A DNA stretch of 64,000 bases from Christensenellaceae bacterium (GCA_948890655.1 CAQTYU010000006.1:7655-71654); one strand, 5' to 3'. Shown: positions 37,597 to 45,805, counted from the stretch's first letter. Notes: generated by a model not told the origin, from the sequence alone. Made by a program: numbers and translations.

Positions 37597-38165
37597 TTTG
37601 ACCCCCTCGGCTTATAAGTATAGCCTTTTGCGTGTTTCGCTTGTGCTTTCATAAGCTCATTATCAACGACGCGACGAAAAGAGGGGTATTTCATATATTC
37701 CCGCGACATAGCAGCGTCTTGCCAATATTCGACAGCCTTTGCGGTTGAAATCTTGAGATAAAGGCGTCCGAGTTTTGTGTTTGGTATCGGGTCGCAAATC
37801 TTTGCTTGAGGGCTCTTTTTATATTCCTGCTCTTGTAAAATATAAAAACGTTCCGCGCTTTCAAAATCCAGCTCCGCCTCGTATAATTCGGCGAGCGTAC
37901 CGTAAACACTCCACAGGTCGAAATCGTCATTTTTCAATGGAGCCGATAGGTATTTTTCAAATTGCAAAATCGCCTCTTTTCGATATTGAGCGCCGAGGTA
38001 CGTATAGGCAAAAGCACAAGCCAGCCAAGCGAGTGGGTCGTCAGTATCGCGTCCGCGCTCAATCACTTGCATAGCGACGGCTGCACGGTTAGGGTTGTCA
38101 ACCTCAAAATTTTTATGTAGTAGCGCGCAAAGTGCGTTGCCGTCCATTTTCTTAAATACACCCAT
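37593..38165 (-). CDS. hypothetical TPR-like helical protein in the lysogeny module
   Basis: The 190-aa product is helical-repeat rich (W/Y/A/L spacing like TPR). It abuts the repressor stop and overlaps the integrase start by ATGA. No HExxH or other catalytic motif is seen. Confidence 0.6.
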   Translation of the reverse strand: MGVFKKMDGNALCALLHKNFEVDNPNRAAVAMQVIERGRDTDDPLAWLACAFAYTYLGAQYRKEAILQFEKYLSAPLKNDDFDLWSVYGTLAELYEAELDFESAERFYILQEQEYKKSPQAKICDPIPNTKLGRLYLKISTAKAVEYWQDAAMSREYMKYPSFRRVVDNELMKAQAKHAKGYTYKPRGSK

Positions 38166-38558
38166 TTACGCCTTGCCCTCCTTAAGCTCGTAAGCATAAG
38201 AGAGCAGGGCGTTTTTTTGCCGTGTACTCAATTCGCCGAAAATCTGCAAGAGCTCCGTTTCAAACTCCGAAAGCTCAAGCGTGGCGGTGCCGTTTATCGT
38301 TACCACGTTGTGGCTGTTTTCATTGCCGAAAATTCCTTGTGCGACGACGGAGTGCTGCGGCTCGCGTCCGCTTACGAGATAGTCAACCGATACGCCGAAA
38401 AAGTCCGCTATACCCTCCAGTAGGTCGGAGGCTGGGCTTGTGCGCTTTGCTTTCCAGTCCGATATTGTGGCAGGGCGAACACCTATTCGCTTTGCGAGGT
38501 CGCCTTGTTTTTTGTTTTGCTGCTCCAAGAGTGTAAAAACACGCTCCGAAATTGTCAT
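38166..38558 (-). CDS. CI-like phage repressor (XRE HTH, 130 aa)
   Basis: The HTH is QNKKQGDLAKRIGVRPATISDWKAKRTSP. The start at ATG 38558 is preceded by the conserved GGAGGACATACCAAA sequence. The gene is divergent from the early operon. Confidence 0.8.
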   Translation of the reverse strand: MTISERVFTLLEQQNKKQGDLAKRIGVRPATISDWKAKRTSPASDLLEGIADFFGVSVDYLVSGREPQHSVVAQGIFGNENSHNVVTINGTATLELSEFETELLQIFGELSTRQKNALLSYAYELKEGKA

Positions 38559-38573
38559 TTTGGTATGTCCTCC
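38556..38573 (-). promoter_or_regulatory. start-associated sequence copy A (GGAGGACATACCAAAATG)
   Basis: This is an exact 18-mer on the minus strand ending in the repressor ATG. Confidence 0.85.
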
Positions 38574-38614
38574 GATATTTTTTTGCAAAACCGTAAAAAA
38601 TCCCGTAAAAACCC

Positions 38615-38643
38615 TTGACAAATTCGCAAAACCGTAATAAAAT
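38615..38643 (+). promoter_or_regulatory. rightward early promoter candidate (TTGACA-17-TAAAAT)
   Basis: -35 lies at 38615-38620 and -10 at 38638-38643. The spacer contains the repeat GCAAAACCGTAA. Confidence 0.55.
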
Positions 38644-38734
38644 ATAAGCAAGGTTATGGAAAACCGAAACAAATCCATAACGAACTTGCAAACGGCAAGC
38701 GGGATTTTTTGCGATAATTGATAGTAGCGTATTT

Positions 38735-38763
38735 ATTATAGCAAATTAAATTCCGCTTGTCAA
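38735..38763 (-). promoter_or_regulatory. leftward repressor promoter candidate (perfect TTGACA-17-TATAAT on the minus strand)
   Basis: -35 lies at 38758-38763 and -10 at 38735-38740 on the minus strand. It points toward the rightward promoter. Confidence 0.55.
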
Positions 38764-38801
38764 TAAGCAAGACTATTAAAAACCGTAAAGTTTCGGAAAT
38801 A

Positions 38802-38819
38802 GGAGGACATACCAAAATG
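38802..38819 (+). promoter_or_regulatory. start-associated sequence copy B
   Basis: This is an exact GGAGGACATACCAAAATG, followed by AAC. Confidence 0.85.
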
Positions 38820-39506
38820 AACAAACAACGCAGACAACAATTTAACGAGCTGGCGGAAAAAATCCGCGCGCTTAAGGACGAGGTGGAAACGCTCCGCGAC
38901 GAGGAGCAGGACTATTACGACAATATGCCCGAAAGTTTCCAAAACGGCGAGAAAGGCGACAAGACACAAGAGGCAATCGACGCGCTGGACGAGGCGCTCG
39001 ACAGCCTCGACAGTGCAGCAGACAGCCTCGACACGGGCGGATACATCTACGACGACGGCGGCAGAGCGGCTGCCGGTTTCAAAGGCACAACAGGCGACTG
39101 CGTTACCCGGGCAATAGCTATTGCAACCGGCAAGCCTTACAAAGAGGTTTACGACGCGCTCAACGAGCTTGCAAAGCGCGAGAGGACGGGGAAAAGAAAG
39201 CGCAAGATTTCCTCCTCGCGCACCGGCGTATATCGCAGCACCTACGGAAAATATTTGCAGACGCTGGGGTGGGAGTGGGTGCCCACTATGAAAATAGGGC
39301 AAGGCTGCCGGGTACATCTGAACGCAGCAGAACTGCCGAGCGGCACCATTATGGTAAAAGTTACGCACCACCTCACGACAATGATTGACGGCGTTATACA
39401 CGACATTTACGACCCGCGCCGCATTGCACCAAACAACGCAACCGAGGGGGAGCTCTCCGAGCGCTGCGTTTATGGATACTATCACAAAAAGGAGGTGAAA
39501 GGCTAA
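38817..39506 (+). CDS. early protein: N-terminal acidic coiled coil plus C-terminal papain-like (C39-like) putative cysteine peptidase fold
   Basis: The start is defined by the conserved start sequence. The C-terminal half has the order GDC(V)TRAIAIATG ... G ... THHLTTMIDGVIHD, that is Cys ... His ... Asp. The fold assignment was made by eye only. Confidence 0.6.
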   Translation: MNKQRRQQFNELAEKIRALKDEVETLRDEEQDYYDNMPESFQNGEKGDKTQEAIDALDEALDSLDSAADSLDTGGYIYDDGGRAAAGFKGTTGDCVTRAIAIATGKPYKEVYDALNELAKRERTGKRKRKISSSRTGVYRSTYGKYLQTLGWEWVPTMKIGQGCRVHLNAAELPSGTIMVKVTHHLTTMIDGVIHDIYDPRRIAPNNATEGELSERCVYGYYHKKEVKG

Positions 39507-39721
39507 TGCTACACGAAAGGCTCAAAGAGGCAAGAACAAAGGCGGGACTGTCGCAGGAAAAAGTCGCCAAAGAGTGCGGAATTACGCAGCCGGCGTATTT
39601 CGATATTGAGCACGGCGACCGTGCGCCCTCGCTGGCAGTGGCAAAGCGTCTTGCAAACCTTTTCGGCGTGTCGCTTGACTGGCTTGTCGGGACGGACGCG
39701 GGCGGAAAAGGCACCGCATAG
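39506..39721 (+). CDS. Cro-like XRE HTH protein (71 aa)
   Basis: The HTH is LKEARTKAGLSQEKVAKECGITQPAYFDIEHGDRAPS. The start overlaps the upstream stop (TAATG). Confidence 0.8.
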   Translation: MLHERLKEARTKAGLSQEKVAKECGITQPAYFDIEHGDRAPSLAVAKRLANLFGVSLDWLVGTDAGGKGTA

Positions 39722-39731
39722 GAGGCGCAAG

Positions 39732-39747
39732 GGAGGACATACCGGTG
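39732..39747 (+). promoter_or_regulatory. start-associated sequence copy C (variant with GTG start)
   Basis: The sequence is GGAGGACATACCGGTG. Confidence 0.7.
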
Positions 39748-39978
39748 GAAACTTACGTGCAAATCGGCGTCGCGGTGCTGCGCGACACCACAACCGGGGA
39801 GCCGCTCAAGCCTACCATACCACTATTTGCGCAAAGCAAGACGGAGCCCCAAGCGTCGGGTATCACCCGAGGCGAGGAAAAACTTTTAACCGACGTCGCC
39901 GGCGTATTCGTGGATATATTCCGCAGATACAGCGACGAAATCAAAAAAATCAAGTCTATGGAGGACACGCCAAAATGA
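39745..39978 (+). CDS. hypothetical early protein (77 aa)
   Basis: The GTG start is preceded by the conserved sequence. Confidence 0.6.
   Translation: METYVQIGVAVLRDTTTGEPLKPTIPLFAQSKTEPQASGITRGEEKLLTDVAGVFVDIFRRYSDEIKKIKSMEDTPK
39960..39977 (+). promoter_or_regulatory. start-associated sequence copy D
   Basis: GGAGGACACGCCAAAATG has two substitutions and is followed by AAC. Confidence 0.75.
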
Positions 39979-40313
39979 ACGAAAAGAAACTCTACAAGGT
40001 AACGATTACCGACGAAAACGGCAAAGTGGTGCACGAGGTGGAAAGCGATTGCATAATCGCGGCGATTTCCGACCCGTCCAAGGGCTCGAAAGAGCAATCG
40101 GCAATCCACGGCGTATATATGACGAATTGCCCGGGCGTTACGATACAGCACACTTTCCAAGTGCTGGATACCGTAAAGAGGGAGGCAATCGCCAAAAACC
40201 CGGCGCTCGGCATTATGCTGGCAATGGACAGCCTCGAGCGTATCGCTCAAAAGCACGGCGTAAAGCTCGGCGAGGACGAGGACGACGGCGAGGGCTCACG
40301 GGGGGGTATTTGA
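39975..40313 (+). CDS. hypothetical early protein (112 aa, acidic tail)
   Basis: The start is defined by copy D. It is the downstream part of track ORF 39606-40313. There is an ATGA overlap with the previous gene. Confidence 0.6.
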   Translation: MNEKKLYKVTITDENGKVVHEVESDCIIAAISDPSKGSKEQSAIHGVYMTNCPGVTIQHTFQVLDTVKREAIAKNPALGIMLAMDSLERIAQKHGVKLGEDEDDGEGSRGGI

Positions 40314-40346
40314 CCTTTTTAACGAAATAATGAAACGGAGGTAAAT

Positions 40347-40853
40347 ATGCGACTGAAAGAGTTACGCGGCGACCTTAAGCAAAAGGAGGTCGTGCAGCAC
40401 ATCAAAAAAACCGATAAGCGGGTGGATAGCGGGCTTTATTCCAAGTATGAAAACGGCGTCGCGCTGCCCACTCCGGAGCAACTGAAAGCTATTTGCGAGC
40501 TGCTGGGCGTTGAGCCGCTGGACATTTACAGCGAGGTGGAAATCAACCTCAAAGGCACCAAGGCGACCGTACATAAAGCTGCCGCCAAGGATAGCGAGGA
40601 GCCGGACACGTACAACCTTTGCGTGAGGCTCGAGCGCGGCGCTGCAAGGTGGTTTCGCAAAGATATACTCGCGGCGTGCGGGTATCGCAACCTTACCCAC
40701 TGGGTAAACGTCGGACTGCTGCGGCTCAAAAAAGAGTACGAGAAAGTTACGGCAAAGGCAAAGAAAAAAAAGCCGCCCGAATTGAGCGACAAAACGGACG
40801 GCACGATAATTGAGGACATACCAAAATCAACAACTAACGCTATAAGACTATAG
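40347..40853 (+). CDS. HTH (XRE-like) domain protein, 168 aa
   Basis: The N-terminal HTH-like segment is LKQKEVVQHI...YSKYENGVALPTPEQL. An ACGGAGG RBS precedes the start. The C-terminal region is unknown. Confidence 0.6.
   Translation: MRLKELRGDLKQKEVVQHIKKTDKRVDSGLYSKYENGVALPTPEQLKAICELLGVEPLDIYSEVEINLKGTKATVHKAAAKDSEEPDTYNLCVRLERGAARWFRKDILAACGYRNLTHWVNVGLLRLKKEYEKVTAKAKKKKPPELSDKTDGTIIEDIPKSTTNAIRL
40811..40828 (+). promoter_or_regulatory. degenerate relic of the start-associated sequence (TGAGGACATACCAAAATC)
   Basis: It matches 16 of 18 positions, with the SD G changed to T and ATG changed to ATC. It lies inside the last codons of 40347-40853. Confidence 0.7.
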
Positions 40854-40875
40854 CACAAAAATTTCAATTTGTCAA

Positions 40876-40893
40876 GGAGGACATACCAAAATG
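40876..40893 (+). promoter_or_regulatory. start-associated sequence copy F
   Basis: This is an exact GGAGGACATACCAAAATG. Confidence 0.85.
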
Positions 40894-41202
40894 AAAACGA
40901 TTTACAAGTGCGAAATTTGCGGCAAGGAGTTTCCCGACTGGGAGGAGTGCAGCAAGCACGAAAAGACTTGCAAGGAAATTCACGCAACCGGCTTGCGCCT
41001 TGCGTCGGAGCTTAACGACGCGGTGAAAGCCGCAAACGAACGCGGAGGCTGCGAGGTCGGTATCTGCGTCGGAGCGGACGAAACGATTTACCGCTTTATC
41101 GGCGCCGAATACAGCGCAAAAGAGCGCCTCGTCGTGCTCGACATAGACACGGACGACAACCTCGGCAGAAAGATAGGAGGAGCAAGCAATGGCAACGACT
41201 AA
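40891..41202 (+). CDS. small zinc-finger-like protein (103 aa)
   Basis: The N-terminus carries CEICGKEF...CSKHEKTC, a C2HC/C2H2-like motif. Confidence 0.6.
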   Translation: MKTIYKCEICGKEFPDWEECSKHEKTCKEIHATGLRLASELNDAVKAANERGGCEVGICVGADETIYRFIGAEYSAKERLVVLDIDTDDNLGRKIGGASNGND

Positions 41203-42016
41203 CGGAATTTATACCGCTATAAACGGAATTATGGAGGAAATCGGGGCAATCGGTAAGACCTCGAAAAACCAGCAGCAGGGTTTTATGTATCGCGGTATCG
41301 ACGCGGTTATGAACGCGCTACAGCCGGCGCTCGTCAAGCATAAGGTTTTCGTTGTGCCGGAAATCCTCGAGCAAAAGCGCGAGGAGCGCGTTACCGGAAA
41401 GGGCGGCAATCTCATATATTCAGTGCTCAAAATCAAATACACCTTTTACGCAGAGGACGGCTCCAGCGTTTCCGCTACCGTCATAGGCGAGGGTATGGAC
41501 AGCGGCGACAAGGCGAGCAATAAGGCTATGAGTGTGGCGTTTAAGTATGCTTGCTTTCAAGTCTTATGTATCCCGACGGAGGAAATGAAAGACCCGGACG
41601 CGGAAACGCCGCCCGAGAGCTTACCGAAACCCACGCCGGCGCAGCTGGAGGAGCTGCAAAAGCTCAATATCGACCTTAACAACGTGGCAACCTATTTCAA
41701 GGTAAAAGTGGAGTTTTTGAGCGCGCAGCAAGTCCAGTCCGCTATTGATATGAAACGCAAGAGGCTGGCAGCACAAGAGGCGAACGCGGCAGAGAACGGC
41801 GAGCAGACGCCCGCAGCAGCACCGCAGAAAACTGGCAAGCCCAAGACCAAATACCAGCAGATTAAAGAGCTGGGCGCAGAGCGCGGCTTTGATATGGAGG
41901 ACGTTACGGCGCTGGCGCTGGAAATGTTCGGCACCGATAAAATCAACAGCCTTTCGGACAAGGATTTCAAGGCGCTGCTTGATAGGGTAAACACCGACGT
42001 GGAGGGCACGAACTAA
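41189..42016 (+). CDS. ERF-family single-strand annealing protein
   Basis: The pattern I..I..E...I.K...N....F.YRGID.V..AL.P.L.KH is followed by the DKASNKAMS..FKY block typical of ERF. Confidence 0.8.
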   Translation: MATTNGIYTAINGIMEEIGAIGKTSKNQQQGFMYRGIDAVMNALQPALVKHKVFVVPEILEQKREERVTGKGGNLIYSVLKIKYTFYAEDGSSVSATVIGEGMDSGDKASNKAMSVAFKYACFQVLCIPTEEMKDPDAETPPESLPKPTPAQLEELQKLNIDLNNVATYFKVKVEFLSAQQVQSAIDMKRKRLAAQEANAAENGEQTPAAAPQKTGKPKTKYQQIKELGAERGFDMEDVTALALEMFGTDKINSLSDKDFKALLDRVNTDVEGTN

Positions 42017-42897
42017 TGGGCACGGCGATTTTTAACAAAGAAAATCATACCTATACGCTGGACGGCAAAATCCTTATAAGCGTTACCCAGCTTATGCGCA
42101 AGCACGGGCTCGCCCCGGATTACTCGGGAGTAAACGAGGCGGTGCTCCAGCGCAAGGTGGAGCGCGGGACGCTCATACACGAGGAAATCGAGCGCTATAT
42201 CAAACACGGCGAGCTCGGCTTTACATCAGAGCAAGACGACTTTATCAACTTTGCCAAAGAGCTGGGGCTTAAGAATATGCGCTCCGAGCAAATCGTCAAC
42301 GACGACCTCGTGGCGGGTACTATCGACCTTATGGCGGAGCGTGTCGCCGGCAAAGCTACCATAAAAGTGCTTGCCGATTACAAGACCGGCACGGCGGTGG
42401 ACAAGGAGGCGGTACGCTGGCAGCTTTCGCTTTACGAGCGTTTGAGCGGCGAGAAATTCGACGAGTTTTACGTTTTCCACCTTTGCGAAAAGAGCAAGTA
42501 CATACTGCTGGAGCATATCCCCGCCGAGGAGGTCGAAAAGCTGCTCGAGTGCGAGCGCAAGGGTGAGATATACAAACCTCGCACGCTTGTGGTGCCGAGC
42601 GAATTACTGGCAGCCGCAGAACAAGCAGAGCGCGCCGTTAAAGTGGCAGAGGCAGCCAAGAAAGAGGCAGACGCCAGCGCCGCAAAGATACGCGCCCAGC
42701 TTATCGCGGCAATGGAGGCGCAGGGCATAAAGAGCTTTGAAACCGCCGACAAGTCTATGCTTATCACTTACGTGGCACCCTCGGAGCGCGAAACTATCGA
42801 CAGCGCAAGACTGAAAGGGGAGCACCCGGAGCTTGCCAAAAAGTACGTAAAGACCTTGACAGTCAAGGCGTCGGTGCGCATAACGGTGCAAGGTTGA
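42016..42897 (+). CDS. PD-(D/E)XK family nuclease (recombination exonuclease partner)
   Basis: GTLIHEEIE ... GTIDLM ... LADYKT fit the D...(D/E)xK arrangement. The gene is adjacent to Erf. Confidence 0.65.
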   Translation: MGTAIFNKENHTYTLDGKILISVTQLMRKHGLAPDYSGVNEAVLQRKVERGTLIHEEIERYIKHGELGFTSEQDDFINFAKELGLKNMRSEQIVNDDLVAGTIDLMAERVAGKATIKVLADYKTGTAVDKEAVRWQLSLYERLSGEKFDEFYVFHLCEKSKYILLEHIPAEEVEKLLECERKGEIYKPRTLVVPSELLAAAEQAERAVKVAEAAKKEADASAAKIRAQLIAAMEAQGIKSFETADKSMLITYVAPSERETIDSARLKGEHPELAKKYVKTLTVKASVRITVQG

Positions 42898-42898
42898 T

Positions 42899-43471
42899 AT
42901 GCTGGGCTCATTTATCGGAAAGTATAAAGATTGCCTCACGGACGAGCGCGGCGCCGTTGTCGTTTCTTTCACCGTTGAGGGCTCGGAGCGATACGCTGCA
43001 AGGCAATGCGCGGCAGCGGCGCAGACGGCGCTTGCAAGTGGCAAAGAACGGCTCAAAATCGAGGTAAATATCGACAAGCCCAAGCGGTCGCTTAACGCAA
43101 ATAATTACTTATGGCAATTATGCGACAAAATCGCGGCAAAGGTCGGCAGCAGCAAGCTGGACATTTACCGCGGTTACGTGCTTGAGCAAGGCGTATTCGA
43201 GGCTATGGAAATAAACGCCGCAGCCGTAAAGCTCTTTTCCGAGGTGTGGGGCGCTCGGGGCGACGGCTGGCTCGTCGAGATTATGGACGGCACGGAGCGG
43301 GACGGTTACGTTTTACTCCACGCCTACAAGGGCAGCAGCACCTACGACAAGGAACAAATGGCGCGCCTTATTGATAGCGTCGTAACGGACGCAAAAGAGC
43401 TCGAAATCGAAACGCGAACGCCGGAGGAAATCGAGCTAATGAAACAGCGCTGGGAGGGCTCACGCTTATGA
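42899..43471 (+). CDS. NinB/Orf-like recombination mediator (tentative)
   Basis: KRSLNANNYLWQLCDKIA resembles the RSLDQNRKLWA motif of lambda NinB and its Gram-positive phage relatives. Confidence 0.45.
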   Translation: MLGSFIGKYKDCLTDERGAVVVSFTVEGSERYAARQCAAAAQTALASGKERLKIEVNIDKPKRSLNANNYLWQLCDKIAAKVGSSKLDIYRGYVLEQGVFEAMEINAAAVKLFSEVWGARGDGWLVEIMDGTERDGYVLLHAYKGSSTYDKEQMARLIDSVVTDAKELEIETRTPEEIELMKQRWEGSRL

Positions 43472-43767
43472 AATCCAAACGGACGAAAGCCCTTTCAATT
43501 ACTCCGAAAGTCAAAAAAACAGTTTACGAGCGGGACGGCGGGAGGTGTGTTTTGTGTGGTAGCCCTCACGGGCTGCCGGAGGCGCACTATATCCCGCGCT
43601 CGCGTGGTGGGCTCGGCATACCGGAAAATATCGTAACGCTTTGCCGCAACTGCCACCGTGAACTCGACCAAACTACCCGCCGGGCAGAACTGCTCGAGCG
43701 TGTCAAGGCTCACCTTGATATATGGTACCCGGACTTTTCGGACGACGACCGAATTTATAAAAAATAG
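43468..43767 (+). CDS. HNH endonuclease
   Basis: CVLCGS...EAHYIPRSRGG...NIVTLCRNCHRELD contains the HNH and zinc-ligand motifs. Confidence 0.85.
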   Translation: MKSKRTKALSITPKVKKTVYERDGGRCVLCGSPHGLPEAHYIPRSRGGLGIPENIVTLCRNCHRELDQTTRRAELLERVKAHLDIWYPDFSDDDRIYKK

Positions 43768-43784
43768 GAGGACATACCGAAATG
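43767..43784 (+). promoter_or_regulatory. start-associated sequence copy G
   Basis: GGAGGACATACCGAAATG has one substitution and is followed by AAC. Confidence 0.8.
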
Positions 43785-44213
43785 AACAAAGTTATTTTGA
43801 TAGGCAACCTCGTGCGTGATGTGGAGCTTTCCACGACGCCCAGCGGCGTATCGGTCGCAAAGTTTACCCTTGCGGCAAATCGTACCTTTACGAACTCCGA
43901 GGGCGAACGCGAGGCGGACTATCCCAACATTATAGCGTGGCGCGACCTCGCAGACCGTTGCGCGCAATACCTTTCCAAAGGCAAAAAGGCGGCGGTGGTG
44001 GGTATGCTGCAAACACGCTTGTACGAGGTGGAGGGGCAAAAGCGATACGTTACCGAGGTGGTGGCAAGCGAGGTCGAATTCTTGACACCGAAAGGCGAAA
44101 GCCAACAAGCAGCACCGCAAGGGTACGCGCCGAGAGGCGGCGCGCAACGCCAGCAGAGGAATGGACGGGACGACCTCGTGCCGATTGACGACGACGGCGA
44201 CCTACCTTTCTGA
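43782..44213 (+). CDS. ssb: single-stranded DNA-binding protein
   Basis: The OB-fold N-terminus is MNKVILIGNLVRDVEL. A Gly/Gln-rich linker follows, and the acidic tip is DDDGDLPF. Confidence 0.92.
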   Translation: MNKVILIGNLVRDVELSTTPSGVSVAKFTLAANRTFTNSEGEREADYPNIIAWRDLADRCAQYLSKGKKAAVVGMLQTRLYEVEGQKRYVTEVVASEVEFLTPKGESQQAAPQGYAPRGGAQRQQRNGRDDLVPIDDDGDLPF

Positions 44214-44224
44214 CGGAGGCGTAA

Positions 44225-44944
44225 ATGGAAATCAAAAAAGGCTATTACGCCGTGATACCCGCGACAGTACGCTACGACAAGAGAATACCGGCAAACGCTA
44301 AACTTTTGTACGGCGAAATCACGGCGTTATGCAATCAGAGCGGGCTATGCTGGGCAGAAAACACCTATTTCGCCAACCTCTACGAGGTAAACAATCGGAC
44401 GATACAAGGCTGGATAAATTCCTTACTTAATGCCGGATACATACGCCGCGATATACAGTACGGCGAGGACGGCAAGACGGTTATACGCCGCTGCTTGAGT
44501 ATAGTGTCGTCTGAATTCACCACCCCGTGCACAAATTTTCACGAGGGTGGCGACGAAATCAGCGCTACGGTAGCGCTGAAAAATTCACCTATAATATTAC
44601 AAGATAATACTACAATGAATATTACAAAAAATAATCCCCCTACCCCCGGCAAAAAGAAAGCGCTTTTTGAGCGTATGACGTCGGAAACCGACTTGCCGGA
44701 AAGAGTGAAAGCCTCCATTTATAAGTGGCTGGAGTATAAAAAGTACAACTATCAAGAAATGGGTTTCAAGACTTTGCTCACGATAGTGCAAAGAAAGGTC
44801 GAGGAGTACGGGGCGGACGCGGTTATCGAGCTGGTGGACGAGTGTATCTCGAGCACGTGGAAAGGGCTAATATGGGAAAAGCTCAACAAACGCCCGCCGC
44901 AGCAGCAGCCGAGAAAGCCGCGAAATTACGACGAGGAGGACTGA
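44225..44944 (+). CDS. phage replication initiator / replisome organiser (DnaD-like N-terminal HTH)
   Basis: GYYAVIPATVRYD...ANAKLLYGEITAL is typical of the phage replisome-organiser N-domain. The gene lies upstream of a DnaC-like loader. Confidence 0.7.
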   Translation: MEIKKGYYAVIPATVRYDKRIPANAKLLYGEITALCNQSGLCWAENTYFANLYEVNNRTIQGWINSLLNAGYIRRDIQYGEDGKTVIRRCLSIVSSEFTTPCTNFHEGGDEISATVALKNSPIILQDNTTMNITKNNPPTPGKKKALFERMTSETDLPERVKASIYKWLEYKKYNYQEMGFKTLLTIVQRKVEEYGADAVIELVDECISSTWKGLIWEKLNKRPPQQQPRKPRNYDEED

Positions 44945-44947
44945 CCT

Positions 44948-45805
44948 ATGGAGCACGTAAACGACGCTTTGAGCAAGCTCATACCGCCACCGCAACAGCC
45001 GGACGCAGACGAGTACGTCGGCGAGGACGGGCTTATTTATTGCAAAAACTGTAAGACCTCGCGGCAATTTTTCGAGAATTTTACGGGCGGCAAGCCGGCA
45101 ATCCTCCCCAAGCTATGCAAATGCAGAGCAGAGGCGGCGGAAAAACAACGCAAAGAGGAGGAGGAACGGGAACGCAGGGAGCAGATAGAGAACGCTCGAC
45201 ACAAAGCTATTTCCGTACCCTCATATCGTGGTTATCGCTTTTCGGTGGACGACGGCAAGACCCCCAAGACAACGGAAATATGCAAAAACTACGTGCGCAA
45301 TTTTGCGGAGTTTTCAAAAACGGGGCAAGGGCTCTTATTGTACGGCGACGTCGGGACAGGCAAGACCTTTTATGCTCTTTGCATAGCAAACGCGCTTATT
45401 GACCGCGAATACAAAGTGCTGCATACAAGCCTTGCGGACGTGGTAAAAATGGCGCAAGATTTCGACAACGCCGAAAGCCACTTTATGCGGCTTATGTGGC
45501 AAAAGTGTATTGTTATAGACGACCTCGGCACCGAGAGAGCGACCTCGTTTGCCGAGGAGCAAATCTATAAGTTTATAGACGGTTGCAACACGCACGGCGT
45601 GGCGCTTATCGTAACAACAAACTACACACCCAAAGAGCTGGAGGCAGCGGCGGCGGATACATCAGACTTGACGCACGCCCGAATTTACAGCCGATTGCTC
45701 GAAAAGTGTTTCCCCGTAAGGGTAAACGACATTAAACGCCGAGAGGCAAACACCGCCAAAAACAAGGCGACAGTGGCAGAACTGCTCGGCATAAGTAAAA
45801 AATAA
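44948..45805 (+). CDS. DnaC/IstB-like AAA+ helicase loader
   Basis: Walker A is GDVGTGKT and Walker B is IVIDDLG. An N-terminal Cys-rich segment is present. Confidence 0.85.
   Translation: MEHVNDALSKLIPPPQQPDADEYVGEDGLIYCKNCKTSRQFFENFTGGKPAILPKLCKCRAEAAEKQRKEEEERERREQIENARHKAISVPSYRGYRFSVDDGKTPKTTEICKNYVRNFAEFSKTGQGLLLYGDVGTGKTFYALCIANALIDREYKVLHTSLADVVKMAQDFDNAESHFMRLMWQKCIVIDDLGTERATSFAEEQIYKFIDGCNTHGVALIVTTNYTPKELEAAAADTSDLTHARIYSRLLEKCFPVRVNDIKRREANTAKNKATVAELLGISKK

Noticed and set aside
39606-39974. The N-terminal 123 codons of track ORF 39606-40313.
   Set aside because: They are Arg/Gly-rich and overlap the Cro-like gene and the 77-aa gene in other frames. The conserved start sequence marks ATG 39975 as the real start.
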